The notes under the pieces are model-generated. The model made no database searches, was not told where the DNA came from, and was given only the letters and a program-made list of their open reading frames with translations. The position numbers and the translations under genes are program-made. A stretch of 64,000 nucleotides of DNA from the NCBI GenBank assembly GCA_002633005.1, contig NMRA01000086.1, positions 591,390 through 655,389 of the forward strand. The letters are read 5' to 3'. Below are positions 12,745 through 24,700 of this stretch, piece by piece; the stretch's first letter is position 1, and each line of letters opens with the position of its first letter. The stretch is from Phoronis australis (taxonomy: Eukaryota; Animalia; Phoronida).

Positions 12745-15700
12745 AACTACCACTAGGAGGCGCTACAATAGTCGATTGCGTTATTGTCAACCGTCCTCTT
12801 CACACTGAGAACATATACCATATACCAATTTTCAAAGTTATCCTCAGAATGGTTTGGTTGGTCCAGGGGTGGAGGCCAAAAAACAAGACTCGAAAACAGG
12901 AATAATGGCCACTAGGTGGTGCAAAAGCTCCTCGATTCCATCCCAAAGCAGGATGATAGCATCATCTCGCCAATAAAAGCCTATATTCCCAACTTTCTGA
13001 TAATCCGTTGAGGACCTTTGAAGATACAGAGGTAAGCCTAAGAACTGAAAATTGCCACTACGTGGCGCACTGGTTGACAAATCCGTCCGAAAGTTGTTGT
13101 CATCCATTATTAACATCATGTAAATACACTGGCTAAATTTAGCAAAGATGCTGCAAACCGTTTAGGAGATACAAAACTGCCACCAGAAGGTGCCACAGTA
13201 GTCGAAGTCATTGGAAAATCATTGTCAGCTTCGTAGTAAGAGCATACATGCCAATTTTCACAATCATCCTTATTGCAGTTTGGTCGATAGAGGGGTGGAC
13301 ACCAAAAATCAGACTAATAACAGTAAAAATGGCCACTAGGTGGTGCAAACTACGTCAGATCCATCCAAAAATGGGAGGATAGCTTCATGTCACTAATAGG
13401 TGCCTATATTTCATATTTTATGAAAATGCGTTGAGACCTTTGAAGATACAGAGATAAAAATAAAAAACATAAATTGCCACTAGGGGGCACACCCGTAGTC
13501 AGATCCGTCAGAAAGTCGTCGTCAGCCAGTGTCAACATCATATAAATACTTGCAGAATCTAGTAAAGTTCCTCCAACGGTTTAGGAGATACAGCCATGGG
13601 TGCAAAAAGAGACAAAACTGCCACTGTGAGGCGTCACAGTAGTCGAAATCGTCGGAAAATCATCGTCAGCCGTCCTCTTCATAATAAAACATACATGCCA
13701 ATTTCCACGATCATCTTTAGAGCGCCGGGGTTTGGTTGATAGAGGGGTGGACGCCAAAAAACAGACTCAAAAACTGCAAAAAAAGATCACTAGGTGGCGC
13801 AAACAACATCGAATCCATCCGAAAACAGGACGATAGTGTCATCTCACCAATTGATGCCTATATGCCAAATTTTATGAAAATATGTTTAGGACCTTTGAAG
13901 ATATAGAGGTGAGCGTAAAAAAAATAAAATTGCCACTAGGAGGCACACCGGTAGTCGGATCCATCCGAAAGTTCGCTCATGCCGTCCCATCTATGACAGA
14001 AACATGTGCAAAATTTCATGAACGCACGTCAATGCGTTTTGGAGATAGAGCACTGGACGCCGGACGGACTGATGCCGGACGGATGGACGGAGATGACGGC
14101 ATAATGCGTCCACATATAAATATGCGGGCACATAACAAAAGGGAAGCAGAAACAAATATCTTTAATTCCATAATGAAAGTCAAAAATGTTATCAGAGATG
14201 TAGTTGTAAATTTGCAAAACTAACGAGAAGCGTTATTTTTGGCTGAGGGTTGTTTAGCGATTTCATTTCAATGGTTGTGGGCTTGAAGCACATGCGACTT
14301 TACCCTACCGAGACATGCGGTGATGTTTTTGGCACCCGTTGTAATGGATGATGTTCCTAGTGGGCACTGTTTGCACTGTTCTTGGCCCATCGTGTCCTGG
14401 TATTGTCCGATAGGGCACCTACTACACGTAGGCTTAGTGTTGTTATAGTCGACATAATACCCAGCTGGGCAAGTGGCTGAAATGAATCGGCGCATTGACT
14501 ATGATATTGATATAAAGAGGCTGACAGTGATGACATCGATGACATCCGTCACGACCGTTTCTGGTCAAGCTGACTTTAAACAATGTCAAAGTGATAACAG
14601 TGATCGTCGTGTTGTTCATATGCACAATCACGTTCACATACATAGAAAATTTAATAGTAAACCCTCTTGCGTCCAAAATTGGCCAAAACGCGAGATTGAT
14701 GTCTCGCTGTTAACTGGCTTGGCGTAGACTCGCTTGAATTCACGAAATGTTCGTGTTTATCCCAAAGTATAAAGGTAGGCTATAGAGCAACTGTTGAATA
14801 GATTGTTGCAAAATCGCTTAAATTACCAATAAATATGTCTTCAATCATTGGAGGAAGGAGTACTCTTGCTATAAAAACACCTTATGGTTATATCAGTTGA
14901 CGATTTCAGCGAAGGACAATTTATTCTGTACCTGTACATCGCAAGATAAACGCGGACAGTTAGTAAATTTGTGCATGCATGCGTCACAAGCGACACTGCT
15001 TCAAGAATTCAAGTGCATAAAATTCAACCAACACCGCTTTATATCGACAGGTGTAACACCACGTGACCCAACATTTTCCACAAGATAACAAGAGATACAC
15101 TCCCAACTGTAATCACTATCATACTATTAATGATAATCAAGAATTTTGGGTATCTCGATATTTCATGTTTAATTATTTTTTTAGTTTTAATCATGACTCT
15201 TTAAGTTTCAAACTGACCTTACCATACCGTGGTAAGTGCAGATAATCATTCAAAAACTAAAGAGATTAATGGCCTAATTCATGCAAGCCTGTTTTGCTGA
15301 AAAAAATGCGGAATCTTTTAAGGTTACTATTTTGACAATTTAATNATCAGCAGATTGCTGGATTTTTCTCCCGTATGGTTGCCGCGTCTCGAATCCGAAA
15401 TATTCATAATGTTGAAGATGGTGATGCTGCTGCTGCCCACGAGTTTGCCTCAAAGAATGACTTGGAGCTTGAAGTCATGAATGAGTTATCGTAAACTGTA
15501 GGAAATTATGATCATGTTTTAGTTGTTGTCTATTCTTATGATATTGTTGTGGTCATCATTATCGTAGGTAGGGGACTGGGGTCCACCCTGGGCGAAATTG
15601 GGAAACATGAAGGATGACGCAAATTCAGGGCTTCCATGCGGAGAGATTTGAGTGGTGGCCGTTTGGGGAAAATAATCCAAGCCACTGATGGTCAACATTG

Positions 15701-18700
15701 AAATCTTCTGTCACTTTTTACTTGTTTTTTTTGTTTTATGTTCAGTTTGAGACTCGTAAAGCATACTTTTTACACGATTGAATTATTGAAACTACTGAGA
15801 TTTTTGTAGGAGACTGAGTGATTATCTAGTTTTGAGAAACGTCTATCTTAGACATATGTACTGAGCAAAATAAAAGAACTTTGTGTTTCAGTAGCTCTTG
15901 TTTTCTTCAAGCAAAATGCAGTTTTTGAAGTGTTGTGTAGAAATGCATCATACACTAAACCTAGCATACCTTCAAGAAACTGTGGTTTTGAGTCCGCTGC
16001 ATGAACGAAATTTACACATTGTGAAACTTTAAGCTGGTAAGTCGCAACAACACCCAATTGCTTAAATACTGGTTTGGAAAGCCGGTACCTTGGATATCGC
16101 TGAAGGAATTATGTTTTCAATCGTAAACATCCGTACCTGTTATTTTTCTGAAATTGCAAATTCCATTGGCGCACTGCCACCATGCTCGACCGCTTTTGTG
16201 TAGTACATGAAGCATTGCGTGACACTTTGTATGTCCCTTTAACACGACACTTCTGCTCGTATCCACCGTCCTCTTTTCACTTATGATCTCGAAGATCTTG
16301 ATTAGTTTTAGTATGAACTTTGCTAATAGTTTGAGAGGACTTTTTCAAGCGCATATACAGGGATTTGTTCAGGAGGTCTGAAAATGGACCAGCAAGCACT
16401 GCAGGCAGAGCGTGGGATTCTTAGTCAATTACGGTGTTTGAAATCTGACCAAGCAATGGGTAATGGGCACCCTTAATAAGAATAAAACCTGCTTCTCTGA
16501 AGTACGAGGTGGTGATGGGTTTGTATTATTAACTCACAAGTACATTAAACTTGACTTTTTTGATTTCTGTAATCCTATCACAAATTTTTATTTTTGCACC
16601 AACAAAACTGAAAATCCGAGAAAAAAAAAATCTCATATAGCTTCCCATGATCTCCTTCGTCACTGATGTAGCAAAACGAATGATATTTGTTCTATTTGGC
16701 ATCTTGGTCGATAGATAATTGCACAATCGAGTAGCGCCTCCTAGAGTCTTTTAATCAAACTCACAGTCACAGATTGGCAGAAAATTGTGTAAGTGAGTTA
16801 TGTAAAAAACTAACTGCACAAAAACTATGAAAGAGACAAGATTTTTCATTCTTGCGTTGGGCTGAACAAAGACAGCAGTAACAGATGGAAGTTAACTCAA
16901 GTTCCAAAAGAATCCGATATAGATTTGGTAGAGAGATAAAAATGCGTAAAAATGGCCTTGATAATAAGCAGTGAAAATGATATTTTTGTAGGCTAAAATG
17001 GGAGGACATAAAAAATCACTAAATCCATCAGAACTAGTTTTTCTTGTACGTTATTCTTTCTTCTTTCTGCTATATAGTTTTTTTTCAATAGCGTGAAGCG
17101 ATGATGTGCTGTTGCTGATAAAAAGTCACCTACTTCCAAGTACTAGTATTTGCTATTTTTCAGAAAAAGTACAAAGTGGTCGTAAAAAGGGTTAAAAAAA
17201 CTCGGAAACTCTTAAAAATTCAAGCTCAGGTTTCTTTTGACAAGGCCAGCTGATGTGCTAAGTTTCAAAAAAATTGGTGATTTTGCATATATAGCCCACC
17301 ATCTGGTTTTTATATGGAATGGCTCTTAAGACCACTGGAGACAAGAATTGATGAACATAAGAGGTGTTGTAGAGAAGGTAATACCTCATCAGGTGTAGCA
17401 GAACACATGTGGTCGAAACAACACAACATCCAGTGGAATAACATCCGAATACTTGACAGTGAAACAGGTTGGACCAAGAGAAAGATCAAGGAAGCTATGT
17501 ACATGAAAGTACAAGGCAATGTCTTCAGTCAGCCAATTAAACAACCAAGTGACATCTGGCTCAGTCTACTTAGGAAGGTTTAAGTATAATAAAATTCCCT
17601 CTAAGTAATTGGATGACTCCGTGGCGTAGTGGTTAAGGTGCTGGACTTGAATTATCTGTAGTTTCAGAATTATTGGGTACAAATCCTGCCTACACAAAAA
17701 ATCACACCATGAGTGTACCACGTATCCGTGCTCGTTCTTCTAAGAACGGGGGAACACCTGACGATGGCCGGAGAAGAGACCGACCGAAACGTCATGACAG
17801 TGTATATAGACTAGAGGTCGGTGTAAATACACCAAGAGATTTTAATAATAGTTGTAATATGCCACCACCTCAGAGCGGTTTTAGGAAGTCACACTGGAGC
17901 TTGAGTGGAATTGGATATTTGTATAGTTACAATAATTTAGGTTTTGTCACTGACAGTTTTTAGTTGAGTGGCACTATAAATGTTTAACTTTTGATAGTTA
18001 TTATAATGATGACGTGCAGTCAATTTTAACATCGAAAAAGCCTAATTCCGGGTTCATTTTTTGCAGGGTCACACGGGCTCCATAACTGGAAAGGTTTATA
18101 ATATAGCAAAAGGAACTTGTCAGTAGGTGCATGTCATTGTTAGATTACCTCCTGTATAAGAGACTTTTCAATCCGTGTTTCCATTGCCCGCTTCTTGCGA
18201 GTGAGCGGTCCGCACATCACCACCACGTTTTCCGCAGTGCAGTTGTTGGCAGGATCGTCACAGTGGTTAGCCATAATATCTTTTAAGTAATCAATGAAAG
18301 TGGATTTAATCTTGGCCAAAGTTGATGAATCACCACACTTGCCTTTGTAGTACAATCTGCTATCGAGTTTAAGCGCACCTGGCCGGCGCGTTTCTGAAAA
18401 TTACAACAAAAATATTGGTGTACCTTAAACTCTTAAACTGTATTTTCATGAGGGAGGGAGAGATGGACGGATTTACAGGCGGGCAGGTAGGTAGGCGGNN
18501 NNNNNNNNNNNNNNNNNNNNNNNNNNNNNNNNNNNNNNNNNNNNNNNNNNNNNNNNNNNNNNNNNNNNNNNNNNNNNNNNNNNNNNNNNNNNNNNNNNNN
18601 NNNNNNNNNNNNNNNNNNNNNNNNNNNNNNNNNNNNNNNNNNNNNNNNNNNNNNNNNNNNNGGAGGGGAAGGAGGGAGGGGGACGATGCAACGTAAATTG

Positions 18701-21700
18701 AGTCAATAACGGAGGTAAGAGGGTAAAGCGGCGAGAGAGCGAGAAAGGGCACATACCTGTAGAATGGGGGCGAGATAAAGGCAGGAATACGCAAAGAAAA
18801 ACATCAAGAGACTCAACAAGGGTAAAAGATGGGCTTACATACTATGGTACCGCGGTTTGGATTCTAATTGATCAATAAAATTCGAATTCCAGTACGCCAA
18901 GACCTGTTTCCGCCACAGTTTATAGCCTATCACAACAAGCTCTATAATTGCAAATATTTGGGAACTTACTGACGCAGTCCGGAACTTCAGTGTATGACCA
19001 TAAACCCCCGGAGCAGATGAAATTGTCAGTCACCATTATACCACGTGGGATGTCGTATTTGTCCTGGCATTGCATGGCACACGTAAGAACAAAAAACAAT
19101 TGTGAACATGCTAGCGCACCGTTCTCAGGAGGTTTCAGGGCAGCACACGCCTTTGCTGAAATGAAAGTTTACTAGTTGACCATTTAAAGCAGTACTCATA
19201 ACAACCAAGATCACTCAATTCATACTGAGACGATTCGTAAAAGCCATAAAACATCTGTCGAAACATACAATACAAATATACATACATACAAACATACATG
19301 CATACATACATACATACATATATAAAATCATACATACGTATATACATACATACATACGTATATACATACATATATACATATATACATGCATACATATACA
19401 TACAGACATGTATACATACATACATACAATCATTAATACATATATACATACATATACATACTACTTATACTTAGTGAGGGCGAAAGTACTGAAATAGTGC
19501 ACACAAAATTTTGCAACTGTAGGAGCCGAGTCGGGCTTAGAACCCACGGGTGGTCGGATATATTATGTTTATTCACAATCTAAGAAAACCTTGTACTGCC
19601 AATCCGATAAGGCCGGTTTCTCTGAAACAAATATAATGGAATAATAAATCTTGAGAAATATGTTCACCTTACAATACAATACAATAAAGATACGCGGTAA
19701 TACAACATGTCCTAAACAGTCTTGCACAGTACGAGGAACAGCCAGTAAACTAGGTAGTATGAGAACAAACTAGTATAAACTTACAGTGATATTGGCTCTA
19801 GGCTACATGAAATCATCGTTAGCGTTATAAGCATTAGTATACATGTAGCGATTCATGAGAATAAGCCCGGATCGTACCCGAACGTAACTTATAAAGAAAC
19901 AAGCTAATTTACACATGTAACAATACGCAACCCTACGCAATCCGAAATAAAAATAGTGCATCAACAGTAACGAAATTTCAAATTTGCCTGGCTAGGCTCG
20001 CGCTAGCCACTCGCCAGCTTGCCATTGGTGAATTTTGAGGGGCACTGGCGATGGTAGAGTTAAGTCCATTCGGCAGCTTGACGAATGCTTTTGCAACTTG
20101 ACAATAAGAATTAATGTCGAGAAACCTACTAGCATGTCGACTCAAATATTGTTCGAGACTTGACACTGACAGGTTTTCCTTTTAAGGAGTAAAAGACACA
20201 GACGACACCGGGAAGAACCTTTCTTATCTATTTTTAAATCATAATACGTCACATGTCATACCTAGTCAGCTCGGTAAATGTCGCAAGTGTAAAAACACTT
20301 TCCTCGATTATCCTAGAGAAAAGGATCTCTGCCTTCTAAATGTGAGTGGTAAGTATCATGATTCGCATAGCTATGCACTGGACATGGCTCACAGCTTCGT
20401 TTGCACTATTGACAACTCATGACAGTCTCACTATAAAAACGTGTTATCTTACTTTCAATGTTGATGGTGTAGACACATGTACTCCGTCGGAGAATTTCAG
20501 ATTCATATCCCATACACGACACGATGTGCTTGCCCAATCCGAGCGTGGCGTTTTCATCATCATACTGAAAGCATACTGTTGGCAACGTCACTCCTATGGC
20601 ACTTATGAAGACTGGCTTTGGAATGGCGACAGATGTCGTGACTGTGGTTGTGGTCACGTTGAGTCCAGAGGAGCAATTGAGTACAGTCGGGGCCTCATCC
20701 ACTGAAAAAGTTAATTCGTATGAAATTAGTGCAAAACACTGCGTGTATGAGCCAAAAAAACGACTAAAAATTACTAATTCGCAGAAATTTCACGAGTGTA
20801 ATTTGAAAACCTGCAAAAGAGCACTAAAGTAAGATAAAAGATGTTATGTCTCATTAAAACCGTGAATATTTAAATTTGTAACAAGCCCCACCTAGTGACT
20901 TCCTGGAAAACTGAGTGTACGAGCATAATTAGAAAGAGAAACAATTTGTAAAATAATTGTGCGGTTTTAAAGAAAACACTGCAACTGATACACTAAAAGA
21001 CAAGTGAGAACATATAAAAAATCCTAGTTATTCCGAATATTACGTAATCGTTATTTGACAATTAAATAACAAATGATGAACTGTGCCTGGATCACAAGGG
21101 TAAAGACATTCTTGTGGGAGTTTCCCAGGGATTCATCACAGAAAGTCACGGCATCGATAACTCGGCAATTGCTGTTCATCCATAACTCATCGGATAATTC
21201 CGTACCTTGCGCGTGAGACCAAGGAGTTGCTCCGGACGAGCTTTTTGGGAAGATTTCTGTGCTTTGACCGCGAATTTCTTGCGAACTCGGTGGAGCAGGA
21301 CACCGTAAATGGTATTGGGAGAAAGAACAATTCCTCATGGTTTGTTGAACCTCTGTTTGGTGTAAATTTATTGAGTTTTGTATTTGCTATGGACGGCTGA
21401 AGTGAAGCACCCGTGGAATTTCTAGTCCGAAGTGTCATACCTTGTAGTATTATATAGTGTATTGGGGACGATCAGAAGCTGAGGACGCTTGTGGATGCCG
21501 CAGGCATACAGGGGCGATAGTAGGCTACATCCCCACAAAAAATTTCTCATTTCAAAATACGGCAAATAAAATCAAATGAACCATACATATAGGAACACGG
21601 AGTTATAATTAATACATACCATGACTCTGTCGCGGTTTGCTCGAGTTTGTCTTATCCGGTGCCATTTTGAGGAAGTTACGTGAAATGATGCATGTTGACG

Positions 21701-24700
21701 AATAAAAAGGCCAGGAACATAAATCTTACAAATTTCACCTGATACCTTCCCGTGCTATTTTGCAAGTGTCACGCGCTAGCGTCACGCGCTGCGCTCAGTC
21801 TCGCACTAGCCCTTGCGTAACTCACGTGACCCAGTTGAGAATACTTGTGGTTATCACGCACGTAGTGAAAAAGTTAAAGGCGAAGGCAACCTTTTTCCAT
21901 GTCATTTTGAGCTAAAATAAGGCTGGTTGGTTATCCTAGACATATGTTCCACTTAATTACAGCTTTTCGTAATTTTATTAATTACTCGTCCGCTACTCCG
22001 GAAGTGACGTTTTAGGAGGCAAGCATTTCGCGCCAATTTCGGTCTGACTGTGAGAGCTGCCGAGTCAGTCATTGTTCTACCTCGGTTGTGTTAAGTTCCG
22101 TCGTCGTTTGCTTTCATTTACTAGTCAGTCAACATGCCACACTGTTGCTGCGTACCAGGATGTACTAATTATCGGCTCACGCGCGCTTTGGGAGTACCTT
22201 TGNNNNNNNNNNNNNNNNNNNNNNNNNNNNNNNNNNNNNNNNNNNNNNNNNNNNNNNNNNNNNNNNNNNNNNNNNNNNNNNNNNNNNNNNNNNNNNNNNN
22301 NNNNNNNNNNNNNNNNNNNNNNNNNNNNNNNNNNNNNNNNNNNNNNNNNNNNNNNNNNNNNNNNNNNNNNNNNNNNNNNNNNNNNNNNNNNNNNNNNNNN
22401 NNNNNNNNNNNNNNNNNNNNNNNNNNNNNNNNNNNNNNNNNNNNNNNNNNNNNNNNNNNNNNNNNNNNNNNNNNNNNNNNNNNNNNNNNNNNNNNNNNNN
22501 NNNNNNNNNNNNNNNNNNNNNNNNNNNNNNNNNNNNNNNNNNNNNNNNNNNNNNNNNNNNNNNNNNNNNNNNNNNNNNNNNNNNNNNNNNNNNNNNNNNN
22601 NNNNNNNNNNNNNNNNNNNNNNNNNNNNNNNNNNNNNNNNNNNNNNNNNNNNNNNNNNNNNNNNNNNNNNNNNNNNNNNNNNNNNNNNNNNNNNNNNNNN
22701 NNNNNNNNNNNNNNNNNNNNNNNNNNNNNNNNNNNNNNNNNNNNNNNNNNNNNNNNNNNNNNNNNNNNNNNNNNNNNNNNNNNNNNNNNNNNNNNNNNNN
22801 NNNNNNNNNNNNNNNNNNNNNNNNNNNNNNNNNNNNNNNNNNNNNNNNNNNNNNNNNNNNNNNNNNNNNNNNNNNNNNNNNNNNNNNNNNNNNNNNNNNN
22901 NNNNNNNNNNNNNNNNNNNNNNNNNNNNNNNNNNNNNNNNNNNNNNNNNNNNNNNNNNNNNNNNNNNNNNNNNNNNNNNNNNNNNNNNNNNNNNNNNNNN
23001 NNNNNNNNNNNNNNNNNNNNNNNNNNNNNNNNNNNNNNNNNNNCAACACACTAAACAATCCCTAAATCCAACGTAGTTGAGTTCTCTACTAACCTATCTT
23101 GCCGCAGAATACTCGCCGATGGAAAGTGGTGGCGACAATTGTTGAAAAACAGCACAAAACAAAAGTAGAATAGAACAGATTCGCACGGTAAAGTCAACGC
23201 AAAACCAAGTGGCGGGAAACGCTTGCCTCCTAAAACGTCACTTCCGGAGTAGCGGACGAGTAATTTATAAAATTACGAAAAGCTGTAATTAAATGGAAAA
23301 TATGTCTAGGATAACCAACCAACCTTATTTTAGCTCAAAATGACATGGAAAAAGGTTGCCTTCGCCTTTAACGACAACCAAAGAAAGGGAGTTGGAATTC
23401 TTCGCCAAAGTCAACTAAACTTCATCGAATATATGTATAGAAGTAGAAAGGAACAATGATGAAAGTAAGCGCTATTTTAAATGATAGTTTTAAGTGTGGA
23501 ATGTATTTTTGACGAGGTGAAAACTCAAAATCGGTGATCCAATTTGGGTTACCACCCGTTTAAAATACACGTAACGAAATGCGTACAGAAAGTGAATGGA
23601 AGTATTGTAGCCCCTAAATGGCCAACCAAGGGAGCTACGTGTTGCCTAGTGTACAGCTAACGGGAGGCTGCGCGCTCTAACGACCAAACCGTAGGAACTG
23701 AACTAGTTTTGTGCAGGCTTCAGCCTTCTGCACGCGATTGAGTAAAATAGGACAAGCTATTGTTAATTGGCTTATGTACATGTGTATTAAGTGACTTACC
23801 CCAGCATTCTGGAAGTGCAATGCTTCCCTCCCACTCTCCTCCAGCACCGCACGTGCGGGTAATGCGAGAACGATGACTTACAGGAATGACATAACCAGAA
23901 TCACACGTGTATGTGCACACATTACCATACGCGTTGCCAGAACAGTTCACGTTCCCGTGCGCAATACCAGGAAGGCTTTGGTTACATTTCACCACTAAAG
24001 AATACAAAACAGCACAGTAGTATCTACATGAAGCTTCGTTTGCAGTTTTGTGCACCATATTAAAATTACACGTAATTTATAAGGTCATCATCTCACTTCA
24101 TTTTGACATCTAGACATGAGTAGGCATCAGAACAACTTTTACCCTTACCAATCAGAGGCTCTCGGGAATGGGGGTACTCTTTTCAAAGGTGCCTGGAATT
24201 TTAGATAGTGAGCCCCAGCACGATATTTACCAGGACGATATTCGGACAGGTCACATTTGTTACCTTTCCGGTTCCCCAAAGTGAGCCCAAGCATACCTTC
24301 GACAGAAGAGTTATAGTACATGGAATATGTTTATTAGATAGACCGTGTTGCGCGTTCCCTTCAGTAATTGCAAATATATTCCTAAAAATAATCGAAAAAT
24401 TAAAACTTCATCTAAAACAACTGGCTGATGACCTGAAGACAGACTTCAAAAGTGAATAAAACCTTGTTTATGACTTGCACTGGCTATCAACAAATCATTT
24501 TGGGATACACTACAAATCCTTACAATTTATGTATAAGTAAGAATTATTAGTCTCCATACTTGTCACATATTGGAAATATCACATGACCTATAGTTAAGCC
24601 TGAAAAGGTCACTCCCGATCGGGGTTCGAACCTGGGACTTCTACTCACCGTGCAGACGCTGTGGTCCACTGAGCTATCATGACCACCGTTCAAAGACCAA

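Noticed and set aside
19135-19449. ORFs of MYVC repeats (also 28128-28481 and 60822-61161)
   Set aside because: Translations of micro- and minisatellites, not genes
22072-23076. Long ORFs in the ORF track (also 6029-6679 and 18369-18794)
   Set aside because: They are runs of X across N gaps; only the short THAP-like edges are informative
24610-24685. Functional tRNA gene (also 17613-17692)
   Set aside because: Acceptor stem does not pair and the anticodon loop lacks U33; treated as SINE-derived
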